Below, in pieces: positions 11,512 to 31,141 of a stretch of DNA of 64,000 nt. Each line of letters begins with the position of its first letter. Within the stretch, counting starts at the first letter, position 1. Origin of the DNA: Eledone cirrhosa (lineage: Eukaryota); the NCBI GenBank assembly GCA_964016885.1, contig OZ024741.1:56544001-56608000 (forward strand), in the 5' to 3' direction. The translations under genes and the position numbers were made by a program. The notes beneath the pieces were generated by a model. The model was not told the origin of the DNA. It worked only from the letters and a program-made list of their open reading frames with translations, and did not search any database.

Positions 11512-14500
11512 ATTACTCTTTTACTCTTTTACCTGCTCCAGCCATCCGGCTGAGGCCATGCTAGGGCACCGCCCTTGTTGCTACACATTTTATCTCCAGC
11601 CTGTATTGGTTGGCCACTGGTGTAAGAGGGAGTTTGTTGCTGCTGCCCTTAGGTTTCCCTCGTGCCTTGCTGTGGGCTCATCCGGGATCGTGGATAGCAA
11701 GGTGTCGAGATGTTTCTTGAAGACATCCGCCTCCACACCATGCAAATTTCTCAGATCCCTCGGCAGCTTGTTGAAGAGTTGAGGGCCCTTGAATCCCAGG
11801 CTTTTGCAATATCTGCTCCTTATTCTAGATGTGGAAGACGGGACCTTTGGCACCACAGACTGACGTCCTGTTCGATGGTTGGTCCTGCTCCCAATGCCAA
11901 AGTTTGGTGCTAGTCCCTCCAAAACTTTCAACATGTAGATCACTGCGTATCTCTCCCGTCTTCGTTCCAAGGAGTAGAGGTTCAGTTTTTTTAACCTCTC
12001 CCAGTAGCTTATCTCCTTCATCGGGGCAATCCTCTTGGTGTAGCTCCGCTGAATTGCCTCGAGCTCCGTGGTTAGTTTGACACTATGGGGTGACCACAAC
12101 TGGGAGCAATAGTCCAGGCGGCTTAGGACAAATGTCCTCCATAGTGTCAACATGGTGTCTCGGTCACTTGTCCGGAAAGTCCTCAAGATCCAGCCAGCGA
12201 GTCGTCTGCACATTGTCGTCACTTTCATGATGTGTGAGGAAAAAGATGCATCATCACTCATGTCTATACCCAGGTCTCGTATCGATTTTGACACGGGGAT
12301 ATCGGTCCCTCCTGGTCCTGCGTAACTGTGTTGTACTGTATTTGTGTTTGTAGGTTTGTATTGTAGGGTTTGGAATTTGCCAGCATTAAACTGCATGTTG
12401 TTTTCTTCCGCCCAATCGTATATGGCATCCAGATCTTGTTGTAAAAGTGCAGCGTCAGCCGGGTTTTTGATTGCCTGTGCTACCTTAGTGTCATCAGCAT
12501 AGCTATTGAGTGATGTTGTATGTACTACAGAGGGCATGTCTGAGAGAGCCACCAAAAAACAGTAGTGGTCCCAGGACTGTCTCTTGAGGCATCCCACTTG
12601 TTATTGATGTTTCCTTTGAGAGGGCCCCATTTGCTGCGACTGTCTGGCTTCTGTCCTTTAAGCAGTCATGCAGCCATTCACCTACTTTTCCAGTTATGCC
12701 GAGTCCGTGTAGTTTGTGACATATCATTCCGTGGTCGACCTTGTCAAAGGCCTTTGCAAAGTCAAGATATATCACGTCCACATGTGAGCTGTCTAGCAGT
12801 TGTTTCAGTACCAAGTCGTAGTGATGTAGCAGCTGTGTAAGGCAGCTTCTTCCTGGGCGGAAGCCATGCTGCGTGCTAGTCAGGCGGTCATTTTCCTCGG
12901 GGAAAGTGATCAGTTTCTTTCTGACAACTCGCTCCATGACCTTACTGATATGCGACGTCAGGGAGACTGGCCTATAGTTTTTGGCCTCCGCTCTGCTACC
13001 TCCTTTATGGATAGGGCATATTGTGCCTTCTTTCAGCTCCCTTGGTAGTATACCGCTAGCCAAGGAGCTTCTGAAGAGCATCTTCAGTGGAGTTGCTAAG
13101 GCCCGCTTACATGCTTTTAAGAGGACTGCTGGGAATTCATCAGGTCCAGCAGCTGAGTCTGTTCTAATTTCATCTGTGGCGAACACCACATCCTCCTCCG
13201 TTATGTCTATGTGGTTGATGGTCGCGATTTCTTCATGTAGTATTGTGGCATCAAAGAACTCCTCTGGCTTTGTTATTTGTATGTGCCTCAGTGGACATGT
13301 GAACACACTTTTGTACTGTTCGTTCAGTATTTCACATATCTCTTGGGGATTCTCGGTTAATGAACCGTCTGTATGGAAGAGTGGCCCAATCTTGCAGTGT
13401 ACCGAGGCAGTTTCTTTTGCAAATTTAAAGAAGGCATTAGGGTTTGTTTTAATGCTTTCTATGGCCCTGCTTTCTTTCTTTGCTCTCTCATTTTCATGGG
13501 AAATTTTGAGTACAATCTTGAGTGCAAAACTTCCTGACCGAACGAAATACAGTATATTTCGGTATATGTATTTCTGCATCTGCTATACTGCTTGTCAGGT
13601 GCGTTTCGGTTAGTGCCATGCATAATGCTTGATTGCTTATGGCTAAGTCTCCCAGGTAGGAAATTTTACTCATGTTACTGAGTTTCACCAGGCCTTTGAC
13701 ATTCAGCAGCAACACTGGTGTGACTTTTGGGGTGCCAGTAATGGCTGTCGGTATGACACCTGGTCTGGTGTCAGCGGCGGCCACTCTGGGTCCCTTAGTT
13801 GTGGTGGTCTCGAGTGCTGGTATGGGTGACCTTGGCTCTGGAAATGATGCAGCCAGGTCAGCTGTCCAACAATCTTCTCTGCCATCACTAAAAAATGTTT
13901 CTGCTCTACTGCTGCTATCTGTATCTCGTCGGCATGTGCGTGCCTTCTCCTTGTTGGCGCGGCACGCGCGACATCATCATACTTCTGGAGCGGCTTGTTT
14001 TGGCCTTGGCTGGGGCATGTTGCGCGAGTAGGATAGGCATAGTTCGTTTGGGACCTGGGGTGGGCGAATCTGCAGCCCATCCCTGTCTCTCCATGCCAGC
14101 AGGTCCCGTTCCTGAAGAACTTGCACATTACTTGGGTTTTCTTGCTCCCAGTGTCTCGGTGCTTTCTGTTCTTCTTTTGAACAGTTGTCCACTGGTCCCT
14201 CTGTGCTTGGTTCTCCTTCGGAAGGTGATTTCGCTTCTCACTTTATCTTTTGCTTGTTGGTTTCCCGGCCTGTGGCGGCGGGTATCTCATTTTCTTTCAG
14301 GTCCGTGCTTGTGCTTTCTTCCTTTTCTTTTTCTTCACCTTTCTCTTCGCTTTTCTCCTCCTTGAGGACACGGCTTAGCATCGCCATATGTAGCGCTATG
14401 AGGACATAGACCTTCCCGATTTCTTTTCTCTTTCTCTCTATCTGTTCCAGGGTCCTCAGAAACCCATGGCTCTTCAGGGTCTCCGCAATCTTTTTGTTTG

Positions 14501-14639
14501 GTGGTGACCCATCAGCCAGGCTCCACCCTTTGATCAAAACCGCTAGTTCCCTCTTTGACCAGTTTCGCTGACTCATTATTTCACCTTTTCCCTGTATGCA
14601 GTCCATTTCGCTGTGGAGGGGAGAAAGAGAGATAGTGGG

Positions 14640-14640
<1 letters not shown>
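11512..14640 (-). mobile_element. CR1-group LINE, frameshifted, with internal deletion of most of the APE domain
   Basis: RT motifs NYRPVSLTS, QHGFRPGRSC, YLDFAKAFDKV, PQ.TVLGPLLF, YADDTK (ORFs 12503..13579 and 11590..12597); APE start LLNVKGL...ALTETHL...Y.VFRS; 3' tail of (GTAAAAGA) repeats; upstream CCCH and Myb-like ORFs. Confidence 0.92.
11590..13579 (-). pseudogene. Reverse transcriptase (ORF2) of the CR1-group LINE, split by a frameshift near 12560
   Basis: RT domains continue across two overlapping reading frames. Confidence 0.9.
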
Positions 14641-15248
<608 letters not shown>

Positions 15249-15951
15249 TAGCAACGTGGTCAAAGAGAACTATAAATATTAGTAATTAATATCGCTCAAA
15301 GAATATTTCGCGATTAAAACACCAAAACAAAGTGAAAAACAAATGATACAACATGAAATATAAAAGGAGACAGAATAAATTAAGATAAAATAAAATAAGA
15401 TAAATTTAAAATAAATTAAATGAATGAAACCCAAATAAATTAAAGATATAGAAACACGAAGATTTATATACGTTGTATATAAGTTTATTTTAAATGTAGT
15501 CATCTGTTTGCCTACAAATATAAATAACGGGAACCGTATATAGTGAACCTTAGTTATAGTAATATCAATATATCAAAAACAACAACAAACACACATGCTC
15601 ACCGAGTCAAAAATAAAAATAAAATTATATTAAATTATGTTACTCAAAATAAAACAAAATAATACAAAATTTACTTAGATTAAATTAAATTACATACTAG
15701 CTTTCTATACTCTGTATGGTAGACAAAGAAAGCACGTGTGTGTGTATGTGTTGTCTTTAGGAGAATATCACACAGTGAAAATAAACACATCTAACATACG
15801 TAAAATAATCGCGTCAAAGCATAAAAAACATCTCTTTTATATGTTTTATATGTTTTCCTTGTCTTCTGAAAAATTTACAACAGTATATAACACCGATTAC
15901 TGTGGATTTAAAATTTCAAATCTCGGCGATCAGGATAAACAAATTCAGAAA

Positions 15952-15980
<29 letters not shown>

Positions 15981-15984
<4 letters not shown>

Positions 15985-16466
15985 AGAGTATTGAAGTTTG
16001 CTTGAAGCATTGTGGAACAATAAGTAAATATTTATAAGTCGTTTGGAAGCCTCGACAATGCAAATGGGTAAATCTCCGGGTAACAAGGTCCGGTGGTGGA
16101 GAGAGAGATATGTAAGTGGGTGTACGTTGAGATGCGTGGTGTGTATAAGAAGTGTGAGATGTGTAGAATGAAGGGAAGAGTAAAAGAATAAAAATAATAA
16201 TAAAAACACAAGAGAGAGAGTTACCTTGGGAGAGATTTAATAGTCCCTATATATTTCGGATTCACATCCATCTACTGGGGTTTTTTCCGGGGTGGGGGAA
16301 AAGGTTGTCTGTCGGACAACTCGGAACGCGTCTTTCGCTGTTTGTTATACACACCACGCATCTCAACGTACACCCACTTACATATCTCTCTCTCCACCAC
16401 CGGACCTTGTTACCCGGAGATTTACCCATTTGCATTGTCGAGGCTTCCAAACGACTTATAAATATT

Positions 16467-16470
<4 letters not shown>
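15981..16470. mobile_element. PLE-like remnant with inverted arms and HHR variant
   Basis: 16025-16146 is the reverse complement of 16347-16469; HHR-like CCC/CAGUAGA/U-GGAU-GUGA-AUCC/GAAA/UAUA-UA/GGG at 16245-16279 (-); (TA)n flanks. Confidence 0.65.
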
Positions 16471-16559
<89 letters not shown>

Positions 16560-16837
16560 TTCAACACACGTTTTCAGATAAAGAATCTTGCTAAACAAAT
16601 TCAGAAACGAAATATATATATATATATAATATATTTCTCAACCTGATTAGTTTTTTCGTTACTTTAGCATGTATTGTGTGTTAGTTTAGCCTACCACAAT
16701 GTTCGATTTTTCAAGCTATTTAAACGTATGTTATAACTCTGAGACCTATCTTATCGAGTGCTTTGCTAACTCATCACTTCATATAAGTAGGCCGAATTTA
16801 CTTGCAAACCGCCAGAGATTCGATTTTACTGATTTCC

Positions 16838-16949
<112 letters not shown>

Positions 16950-17611
16950 AGCGGTTCTTATTCGGGTACAACTTCTGATTTAGCCTAAGAAAATATCTAT
17001 ATGCGTGTGTAATTTTATACAAGCATATATTTATTTTTTTATTTTCAATTGAGTTCTTAAACACGTTGGATCGATAATGTTTTCATAAAAACTAATTAAC
17101 CCGCGTGTATATTATTTTTTTTCCTCATTTCGTGGATCGTGGGTTGTCTCCCCTTCCCGCTTCGTGTCGCTACGATACTTCCTCAGTCAAAAACTGCTGG
17201 AATTTCAAATTTGGCGGTCATTCGAGGTGAGAGAGAGCAACTTTACGGACACGATTTTTAACAGCGGTAAGAAATTGTTTTCTTATATCGATGTTTAACG
17301 GGTTTCCACTGATGATTTATAAGTGCCCACCTAAATATATTCTTACATGAATATATATTGGGCTTCTACATAAACTGGAAACATTCTCCCAACTTGTAGA
17401 AAACTTATAATGAAACAATTGTTTGGAAAGAGAGATATACTTTAACTTTAATTATATCTCATAAAATAATACAACTGGTTTTTCCACATTATACATATTG
17501 TTAGCACCCCAAACACTTAAATTGGGTTTATATTTTAATATAACCTAATGTTTGTTGAGTGAGATGGTTACCAGTCAGAGTTTAGCTTTAAACTATCTCT
17601 GTTATTGTATT

Positions 17612-17656
<45 letters not shown>

Positions 17657-17662
<6 letters not shown>

Positions 17663-18190
17663 ATACTTTGGGAGGGTCATGTTGCCAATAAGAAACACAC
17701 GCACCAGTTGCTTTCACTTCAATTTAATTTATTATATATTTATAAATTTACAAATTTATAAATTTCTGGTTGGTTGGTTGGTTCCACAACCAGATAGTTG
17801 TTTATATATATATAGTCATAGTTCTTTCGTCACACACTCTGTGACCTCTTCAGTGACTGGGGATTTCTTTCTTCGTTTCTGTGCCTTTCCTTTCTTCTAT
17901 CCTACGCCATTTTGTTTTTTTTGAAAAAAACAAAATGGCGTAGGATAGAAGAAAAGAAAGGCACAGAAACGAAGAAAGAAATCCCCAGTCACTGAAGAGG
18001 TCACAGAGTGTGTGACGAAAGAACTATGACTATATATATATAAACAACTATCTGGTTGTGGAACCAACCAACCAACCAGAAATTTATAAATTTGTAAATT
18101 TATAAATATATAATAAATTAAATTGAAGTGAAAGCAACTGGTGCGTGTGTTTCTTATTGGCAACATGACCCTCCCAAAGTATAACAATAT
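17657..18190. repeat. Near-perfect ~530-bp palindrome of a PLE pseudo-LTR, one HHR per arm
   Basis: Centre near 17922; I saw one substitution between arms; HHRs at 17814-17858 (-) and 17987-18031 (+): AGUCA/CUGAAGA/G-GUCACA-loop-UGUGAC/GAAA/GAAC-UA/UGACU. Confidence 0.9.
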
Positions 18191-18244
18191 CGGTTTCAAC
18201 ACACGGTTTCAGATAAAGAATCTTGCTAAACAAATTCAGAAACG

Positions 18245-18290
<46 letters not shown>

Positions 18291-18291
18291 C

Positions 18292-18357
<66 letters not shown>

Positions 18358-18361
<4 letters not shown>

Positions 18362-19740
18362 CGTTTCTGAATTTGTTTAGCAAGATTCTTTATCTGAAAA
18401 CGTGTGTTGAAACCGATATTGTTATACTTTGGGAGGGTCATGTTGCCAATAGGAAACACACGCACCAGTTGCTTTCACTTCAATTTATTATAATAAATTT
18501 ATAAATTTAGGAATTTATAAATTTCCGGTTGGTTGGTTGGTTCAACAACCAGATGGTTGTTTATATATTGTCAAAGTTCTTTCGTCACATATTCTGTGAC
18601 CTCTTCAGTGACTGGGGATTCTTTGCTTTGTTTTTTGTGCCTTTCCTTTGTTCTGTCTTACGCCATCTTGTTTTTGTGTGTGTTGTCTGCTTAGTTTGCG
18701 CATGTGTTACATCCGCGTGTCTGTGTGTGTTTATATTCGTTTATTTATTTGTTTATTTACATGTTACTGGTTGGTTGTTTGTTCTATGTGCGTGTATGTT
18801 TTCATTTTGTCCTTAATCCATGAGTTGTGATGTTGCTGTTCCATGAGGATTTGTTTTTTGTTATTAATAACAAAAACAAAAAACAAAAAACAAAAAACAA
18901 ATCCTCCATTCCCATTATGCCAAACCCATGACTTCCAAATATCTGATCCACCGAAACTCAGCTGTTTCGGACCATACCAAAATCAACATACTGATTGCGG
19001 ATTTTGTACGGGTGATGAGAAACGTGTCCCGCATGTGCAACCCCGAAGAACTAGAGAGACACATACAACACTTCATCCACCGTATGCAGTTCTCTGGTTA
19101 GATAAACATAAACTCAATATTAAGATAGTAGAAAGACCAGGTACCTCCATAAAAACACTTATTAGCAAGACATACCCTTTTCAAAGACCTCCCTGTATAG
19201 ATAAGAAATGTATAATCTGTAAATTAAGCCCCCATATTAACTGTAAAACTAGAAATGTAGTATATAGCATAAGATGTACTGAAGGACAATGTAGAGTTAA
19301 ATGAATTACAACCAAAATTAAATAGAAAATATGAGTGGAACAGCAACATCACAACTTACAATTAAGGACAAAATGAAAACACACACGCACATAGAACAAA
19401 CAACCAACCAGTAACATGTAAATAAACAAATAAATAAACGAATATAAACACACAGAGACACCCGGATATAACACATGCGCAAACTAAGCACACAACACAC
19501 ACACAAAAACAAGATGGCGTAGGACAGAACAAAGGAGAGGCACAAAAAACAAAGCAAAGAATCCCCAGTCACTGAAGAGGTCACAGAATATGTGACGAAA
19601 GAACTTTGACAATATATAAACAACCATCTGGAAATTTATAAATTCCTAAATTTATAAATTTATTATAATAAATTGAAATGAAAGCAACTGGTGCGTGTGT
19701 TTCTTATTGGCAACATGACCCTCCCAAAGTATAACAATAT
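18358..19740 (+). mobile_element. Truncated PLE: inverted pseudo-LTR, endonuclease-linker fragment, pseudo-LTR
   Basis: 18416-18842 is inverted relative to 19337-19740; ORF 18843..19304 ends IKIVERPGTSIK...PF...C....C.IC......C.TRNVVYSIRC (start of GIY-YIG); HHRs at 18570-18612 (-) and 19568-19610 (+). Confidence 0.8.
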
Positions 19741-19794
19741 ATATATATATATATAAGAGGGTGTTAAAGTTTGCTTGAAGCATTGTGAAATGTG

Positions 19795-20289
19795 TAAAAT
19801 ACGTAGTTTAGAAAGCCACAACAATGCAGAGGGAAATCTCGAGGTAGGAAGTGAATGATAGATAGGAGAAATAGGATAAAGTGAAAATTGAGAGAGACAA
19901 AGATGAAAACAAAACAAAGGTAGAAGGGTTACCGTAGTGGAGATTTAATCCCAATATTTCGGGCTCACGCCCATCAACGGGGGAAAGTTCCAAAAGGGGG
20001 GGAACAGGCTAAGCGGAGAAAGTTGTGATGTCGTTAAAACAGGCATTCCCGTTTTAACGACATCACAACTTTCTCCGCTTAGCCTGTTCCCCCCCTTTTG
20101 GAACTTTCCCCCGTTGATGGGCGTGAGCCCGAAATATTGGGATTAAATCTCCACTACGGTAACCCTTCTACCTTTGTTTTGTTTTCATCTTTGTCTCTCT
20201 CAATTTTCACTTTATCCTATTTCTCCTATCTATTATTCACTTCCTACCCCGAGATTTCCCTCTGCATTGTTGTGGCTTTCTAAACTACG

Positions 20290-20296
<7 letters not shown>
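19795..20296. repeat. ~500-bp fold-back palindrome of a PLE-like end with HHR variants
   Basis: Arms meet near 20045; CCC/CCGUUGA/U-GGGC-GUGA-GCCC/GAAA/UA-UU/GGG at 20108-20141 (+), mirrored at 19950-19983 (-). Confidence 0.85.
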
Positions 20297-20331
<35 letters not shown>

Positions 20332-20332
20332 A

Positions 20333-25482
<5,150 letters not shown>

Positions 25483-26467
25483 TATATATATATATATATG
25501 AAAATGTTTCACGCCGACGGCAGAGCTCAAGCCGTTTAGACGGCTATTTATACATATTACGACTGAAAAGCTGGGGTAAAAAAATCAGAAAGATTTCACT
25601 TAGGTGACTTAGGAGAGCCATTCGGAAAGCTTCGCGGGCCGCAGGTTGCCCATGGCTCTATACACTCATGGAAAGTATGACAGACAGGGGAATTTAGGAA
25701 CACATCAAGTCGAGAAAAATTCAGGTTATAGTCGTATGCGTGTGTCTGTGTGTGTCTGATTTGTTTTTATGTTCCATAATTTAGTCGATTTCTTCCAGAG
25801 AAAGAAAGAGAGAGTGGTAGAAAAGAAGTAAATAAAAAGATATAGAGAAAGAATCGACCCCCCACACAAAAGAAATAATAAAAAATGGACTGGTCCTTTT
25901 CATCGACCTTGAAAGGATGAAAGGCAAAGTTGACCTCGACGGGATTAGACTTCAGAGAAAGCAGAGAGCCGAAACGAATGTCACTAGATAAATATTGTAA
26001 TAAAAGCCAAATCAGCAATACACACGAATATAAAAGATTACAAGAATATTTATTAGTAAGTATCATAGAATTAATTATTCATACGAATGAGTAGACAAAC
26101 TATATTGATAGAGACATATCTAAGATCATTTTTATTACATTACAAGAGCCCCTCGATTAAATATATTTGTACAGCGCATTCACACACGCTCAAACATCCA
26201 AATACTTTCACATACATAAATACGTACAAACAAAGCCAAACATACATACAGACACACACACACATAAACACAAACACATAGGGACACATACAGATACACA
26301 CACATACATAGACGCACACAGTCACTTACACACGCTCACACACGCGCATGACACATACAATAAAGATCACTGTTAATGTAGAAAGTAAACTTTTATAGGA
26401 TATCATCAAAGTAGGAAATTCAGAGGAGACAATTCCGTTTATATGACTGAATATATATATATATGTA

Positions 26468-26550
<83 letters not shown>

Positions 26551-26554
26551 GATA

Positions 26555-26625
<71 letters not shown>

Positions 26626-26651
26626 GTATGTATATGTGTATATATATGTAT

Positions 26652-27146
26652 GGTGACTTTGGACATCCTGCAGGACTAAAAACAAAACCTGTCAAAGGGC
26701 AAAGGAGCTCTTAAGAGTCAATGGCCATCCAAAATTACCGGGAGAGATGACCCCTTAGCCTTTGTCAAGGCAGAATTCTAGGAGAAGGAAAACTCTGATA
26801 TAACACCTGGAACCCTGATGGTATCCAATGATGTTGACTTGTTCTTCTTTTTGGTAAATATCATGTTGGTTAAGAGAGTGGGACTGGCTTTGTGCAGTGC
26901 CTTTGCTCACTATAAAAGCTTCATGGCACAGGCATTGCTTTATATCTGGAGATCTCTCTGTACTTGTCGTCACAGGGTACAATGGGCCTAGCACTATGGG
27001 TCAATAATTGTCACAAGTGTAGTGTTTGTACCAGAGTTTTCAAGTCGCTGGCTGGACTAAAGTCACATTCGTTCAGCGCATCGGTAGGAGTTCTCCTACA
27101 TGGATATAAAGTAGTGGCCATACTCGAAAACGAGTTGGCAGCCACC
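26652..27146 (+). mobile_element. RTE-derived non-autonomous element, 5'-truncated copy
   Basis: Near-identical to 4013-4507. Confidence 0.8.
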
Positions 27147-27452
27147 ATATATATGTATGTATATGTGTATATATATGTATATATATATGTGTGTGTATAT
27201 ATATATGTATGTATATATATATATATCTATGTATATGTATATATATATGTATGTATCTGTATATATGTATCTTTATGTATATATATACAATATACTGGTA
27301 TCTACCCGAATGAGGTAGGTCAATGATGCTGCTAGAACTCAACATAATACGGAAGTAATAATTCCCAGCAGATCAGAGTTCTTGTTTTTGTAGTAGGCTT
27401 TCATCACATTGGATTTCATCGAGCGTACAAAAGAGATTCAGAATCATATATA

Positions 27453-27509
<57 letters not shown>

Positions 27510-27655
27510 ATACAATATATTAACTGTTTCTACTTTAGGCACAAGGCCAGCAATCACCCAGTGCATTACTGGTACTTTATTTTATCGACCCCGTAAGGAT
27601 GAAAGGCAAAGTCAACCTCGGCGGGATTTGAACTCAGATCGTAAAGGGTAACGAG

Positions 27656-28078
27656 TGGAAACTATATTTATAAAACCATATTTATTTTATTATACATATT
27701 TCAAGGGCGACCAAGGCAAATTGTGGTGCGCTTCCATCAGATAAAATACAATACAGATTTGTTTTATAAATAAATATTGACATACCCTGAAAAAAGACAA
27801 CCTCAACGGTTAGAGTTTGCTGGGTTGTCTTTTTTCAGGGTATGTCAATATTTATTTATAAAACAAATCTGTATTGTATTTTATCTGATGAAAGCGCACC
27901 ATAATTTGCCTTGGTGGCCCTTGAAATATGTATAATAAAATAAATATGGTTTTATAAATATAGTTTCCATTTGTTAATATATTGTATTGTATATTTACTC
28001 CAGTAATTTGTTGAGTGCTTTATATCAGTTATAAAAATGTTTAAGCTTGTTGAATCCCAACAAATTAAATATAACCTC

Positions 28079-28082
<4 letters not shown>
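27656..28082 (+). mobile_element. PLE pseudo-LTR with fold-back inversion and HHR
   Basis: 27656-27803 is inverted at 27822-27969; HHR UUUUAU/CUGAUGA/.../GAAA/UAUGUA-UA/AUAAAA at 27879-27940 (+), mirror 27685-27746 (-, A9G). Confidence 0.8.
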
Positions 28083-28110
<28 letters not shown>

Positions 28111-29123
28111 CTAGCATTAAAGCCCGGCGTTGCTCGGGGTCATTAAGTTACCAAAGTTAGGTTGCACCACCCATTTTATGGCAGCACTTTTTAGGTTGCA
28201 CCACCCATTTTGCCAGGCACTGGGTGAATGAATTGCAGACCTGGAAGCATGAGCTGCGCCAGCAGTGACAATTGTAGTTTCGCCTATGGATATTATCTCT
28301 GTGCAAAAAAGTGTTGAAATTTATTGTTTCACAGTACTTGCGCAACACGCGCGTAGACGATGCCAGCCGAACAACAGAGCTGCGATGGAGTTGTTCTGCA
28401 TGGTTGTCTGTGTGTTTTCTAAATTTAAGACAGTAGGGAGGGTTGTGATATGAGGGAGAGTTAGCTGTTGTTTCTAGCAGGTTTAGTGACCTCATAGAGG
28501 ATATGTGTTTTCTAAATTTAAGACAGTAGGGAGTGGTGTGATATGGGGGAGAGTTAGCTGCTGTTTCTAGCAGGTTTAGTGACCTCATAGAAGATATGTT
28601 TTCTAAATTTAAGACAGTAGGGAGGAGTGTGATATGGAGGAGAGTTAGCTGCTGTTTCTAGCAGGTTTAGTAACCTCATAGAGGATATGTGTTTTCTAAA
28701 TTTAAGACAGTAGGGAGTGAGGTGGGGAGGGGTGTGATATGGGGGAGAGTTAGCTGCTGTTTCTAGCAGGTTTAGTAACCTCATAGAGGATATGTGTTTT
28801 CTAAATTTAAGACAGAAGGGAGTGGTGTGAACGGACAGTATCACCATCAAGCTTGGAAAGAGAAAGTAGCAGAAAGTATGAAGTTGTATAGATTTTGAAT
28901 GATAGTAGAAAGAGTTCAGCAGTTTAAATGAGAGAGAAAAATCGTAAAATATTGAGTTTTATCTATTTCTTGCGTAATTATGGGTGAAATTGAAAAAATT
29001 ATCTGCGTCAAAACGCAATCGAAACTATTTCGAATACTGAATTGTAAATTTCAATTGAAGAAATTCTATATCGTAGATTTCTATAACGAAGGAGCTTGAC
29101 CACACACTGAGCTTTATAGATTA

Positions 29124-29126
<3 letters not shown>
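28111..29126 (-). mobile_element. Non-autonomous Helitron
   Basis: Minus strand begins TC and ends CTAG, with GC hairpin CCCGAGC-AAC-GCCGGG about 10 nt before the end, between host A and T; internal ~92-105-bp tandem repeat (4-5 copies, 28411-28830). Confidence 0.8.
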
Positions 29127-29183
<57 letters not shown>

Positions 29184-29254
29184 CAAAACGTTACCCATAT
29201 ACACACACACACAACTCCCTCCCCCATCTCTACTAATAGAATCATCTTCCAATA

Positions 29255-29286
<32 letters not shown>

Positions 29287-29925
29287 TACACACACACAAG
29301 CACACAAATAAACATACATATCTTCAGTCTCAATAGAAAATCTGAACTCTGACACCCCGGCGAGCTGGCCATATTCACTGAACCAGAACATTTCTCCCAA
29401 TCCCTTTTCTCTTGACCACTATCTCTCCATTGTCATAACATTCACTATAAAGACTACAGAATAGTTTTCCAAATAAGGGCGCAAAAATGTAATAAAAACT
29501 TGTTCACGTGACAGCCAAATTTCATTTATAACCAACCAAAAAAAAGCCTTCGTGAGCCTCCTTTTTTCAAGTAAAAAGAAATTCAAACACTCATATATGA
29601 AAAAAACAACCTGTGACAACCCCCCCCACCCCCACCCTCTCTTATTTGAAGAACTATTGTAACGCGAACTGGCGCGAAATTTATTATAATTATTGACAAA
29701 CCAATCAAATTACTTCTCGAAAAACCTGGAATTTCGAGCCACTTTTTCCATATAAAACAAGTAACATTCAGAGACCAACCAGATGTGAGAAAAACCACAG
29801 ACCCTCCATCTCAACTCACCTTTTGAAAAGCAGAAGAACTGCGAAACCGGTAAAGGAACCAAATAAATATATATATTTAAAAAAAAAATAAGACTTCAGT
29901 TGCATTTTCGATTTCATCTCTTTTT

Positions 29926-29983
<58 letters not shown>

Positions 29984-30327
29984 GTTATTCCGGGTTGAAT
30001 CGGAGGTAACCACAGTAAATAAGATACTCAATACATACCAGAGTATAAAAGTTGTAATATAGAAGAGCTTCTACAGGACTAGAAGTGTTTCATTCGTGAG
30101 AAATCATCAGGGAGCTGGCTGTCCAAGTAAGTAGTGGTATTTATATCTTTTCTTTTCTGGTGGTAGGAGAGGGTGGGGATTGGAATGGGTGGAGGTCATT
30201 GGTTGAATGATTTAAAGAAAAGGGAGTTCATTAAAAGCTAATTCCTTAAAGCTATAGTATATATATATACATACACACATATATATACATATAAAAATAT
30301 AAAAATATATAAACACCTATATACACA

Positions 30328-30389
<62 letters not shown>

Positions 30390-30392
<3 letters not shown>

Positions 30393-30603
30393 CTTTCACC
30401 GTATTTTTGACTAAAGGAATTTTAGCCTGATAATGGGGTTTAGAACCCTCAGATAAATGGAAAAAGATGAGTATTGACGTCCCACGTACGTCAATACTCA
30501 TCTTTTTCCATTATCAGGCTAAAATTCCTTTAGTCAAAAATACGGTGAAAGCTATTCTATTTTCTAATTTCAAACATGCTCACTGTTTCAAAACATACTT
30601 ACT

Positions 30604-30609
<6 letters not shown>
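30390..30609. repeat. Fold-back repeat of a (TA)n-associated element; further copy at 63490-63640
   Basis: 30390-30481 is inverted at 30488-30554; the left arm has ~24 extra bases. Confidence 0.75.
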
Positions 30610-30690
<81 letters not shown>

Positions 30691-30691
<1 letters not shown>

Positions 30692-31000
30692 TAAGGCGGG
30701 TAAAATTCCAGAGATCCATAGACGAGTTCTCTCCAGCGGTCTCTGTCCCTCATTATCGCTGCCATGTCCTGCGTCTCCAACAGACCAGTGTCTGTCGTTA
30801 GGGCATCAACATACGTTAACCTTGGTCTTCTTCTTCTAGTGTGTCCATGTAGGGGCTCCCAAAGGAGCACTGAGTGCAATGTCAACTCTGGATGTCGGTG
30901 AGCATGTCCAGCTAACCTCAGTCTCCTCTGTGTCACTTTTGAGCTGACTTTTGGGATGCTCCCATACAGCTCTGAGTTGAGAATGTTGAGAAGCCAGAGG
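30691..31000 (-). mobile_element. RTE-clade LINE C-terminal fragment
   Basis: [13 protein letters not shown].....[21 protein letters not shown].......M.DR..WR..V is typical of RTE ORF ends. Confidence 0.8.
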
Positions 31001-31091
31001 GGATATATATATATATATATATATATACATACATATACACACACACATATATATATATATACATATATACATACATACGCACATACATACA

Positions 31092-31141
<50 letters not shown>

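Noticed and set aside
12981-13613. Antisense ORFs over LINEs (also 45066-45515, 45756-46334, 47938-48363)
   Set aside because: Shadow frames of RT coding sequence with no independent motifs.
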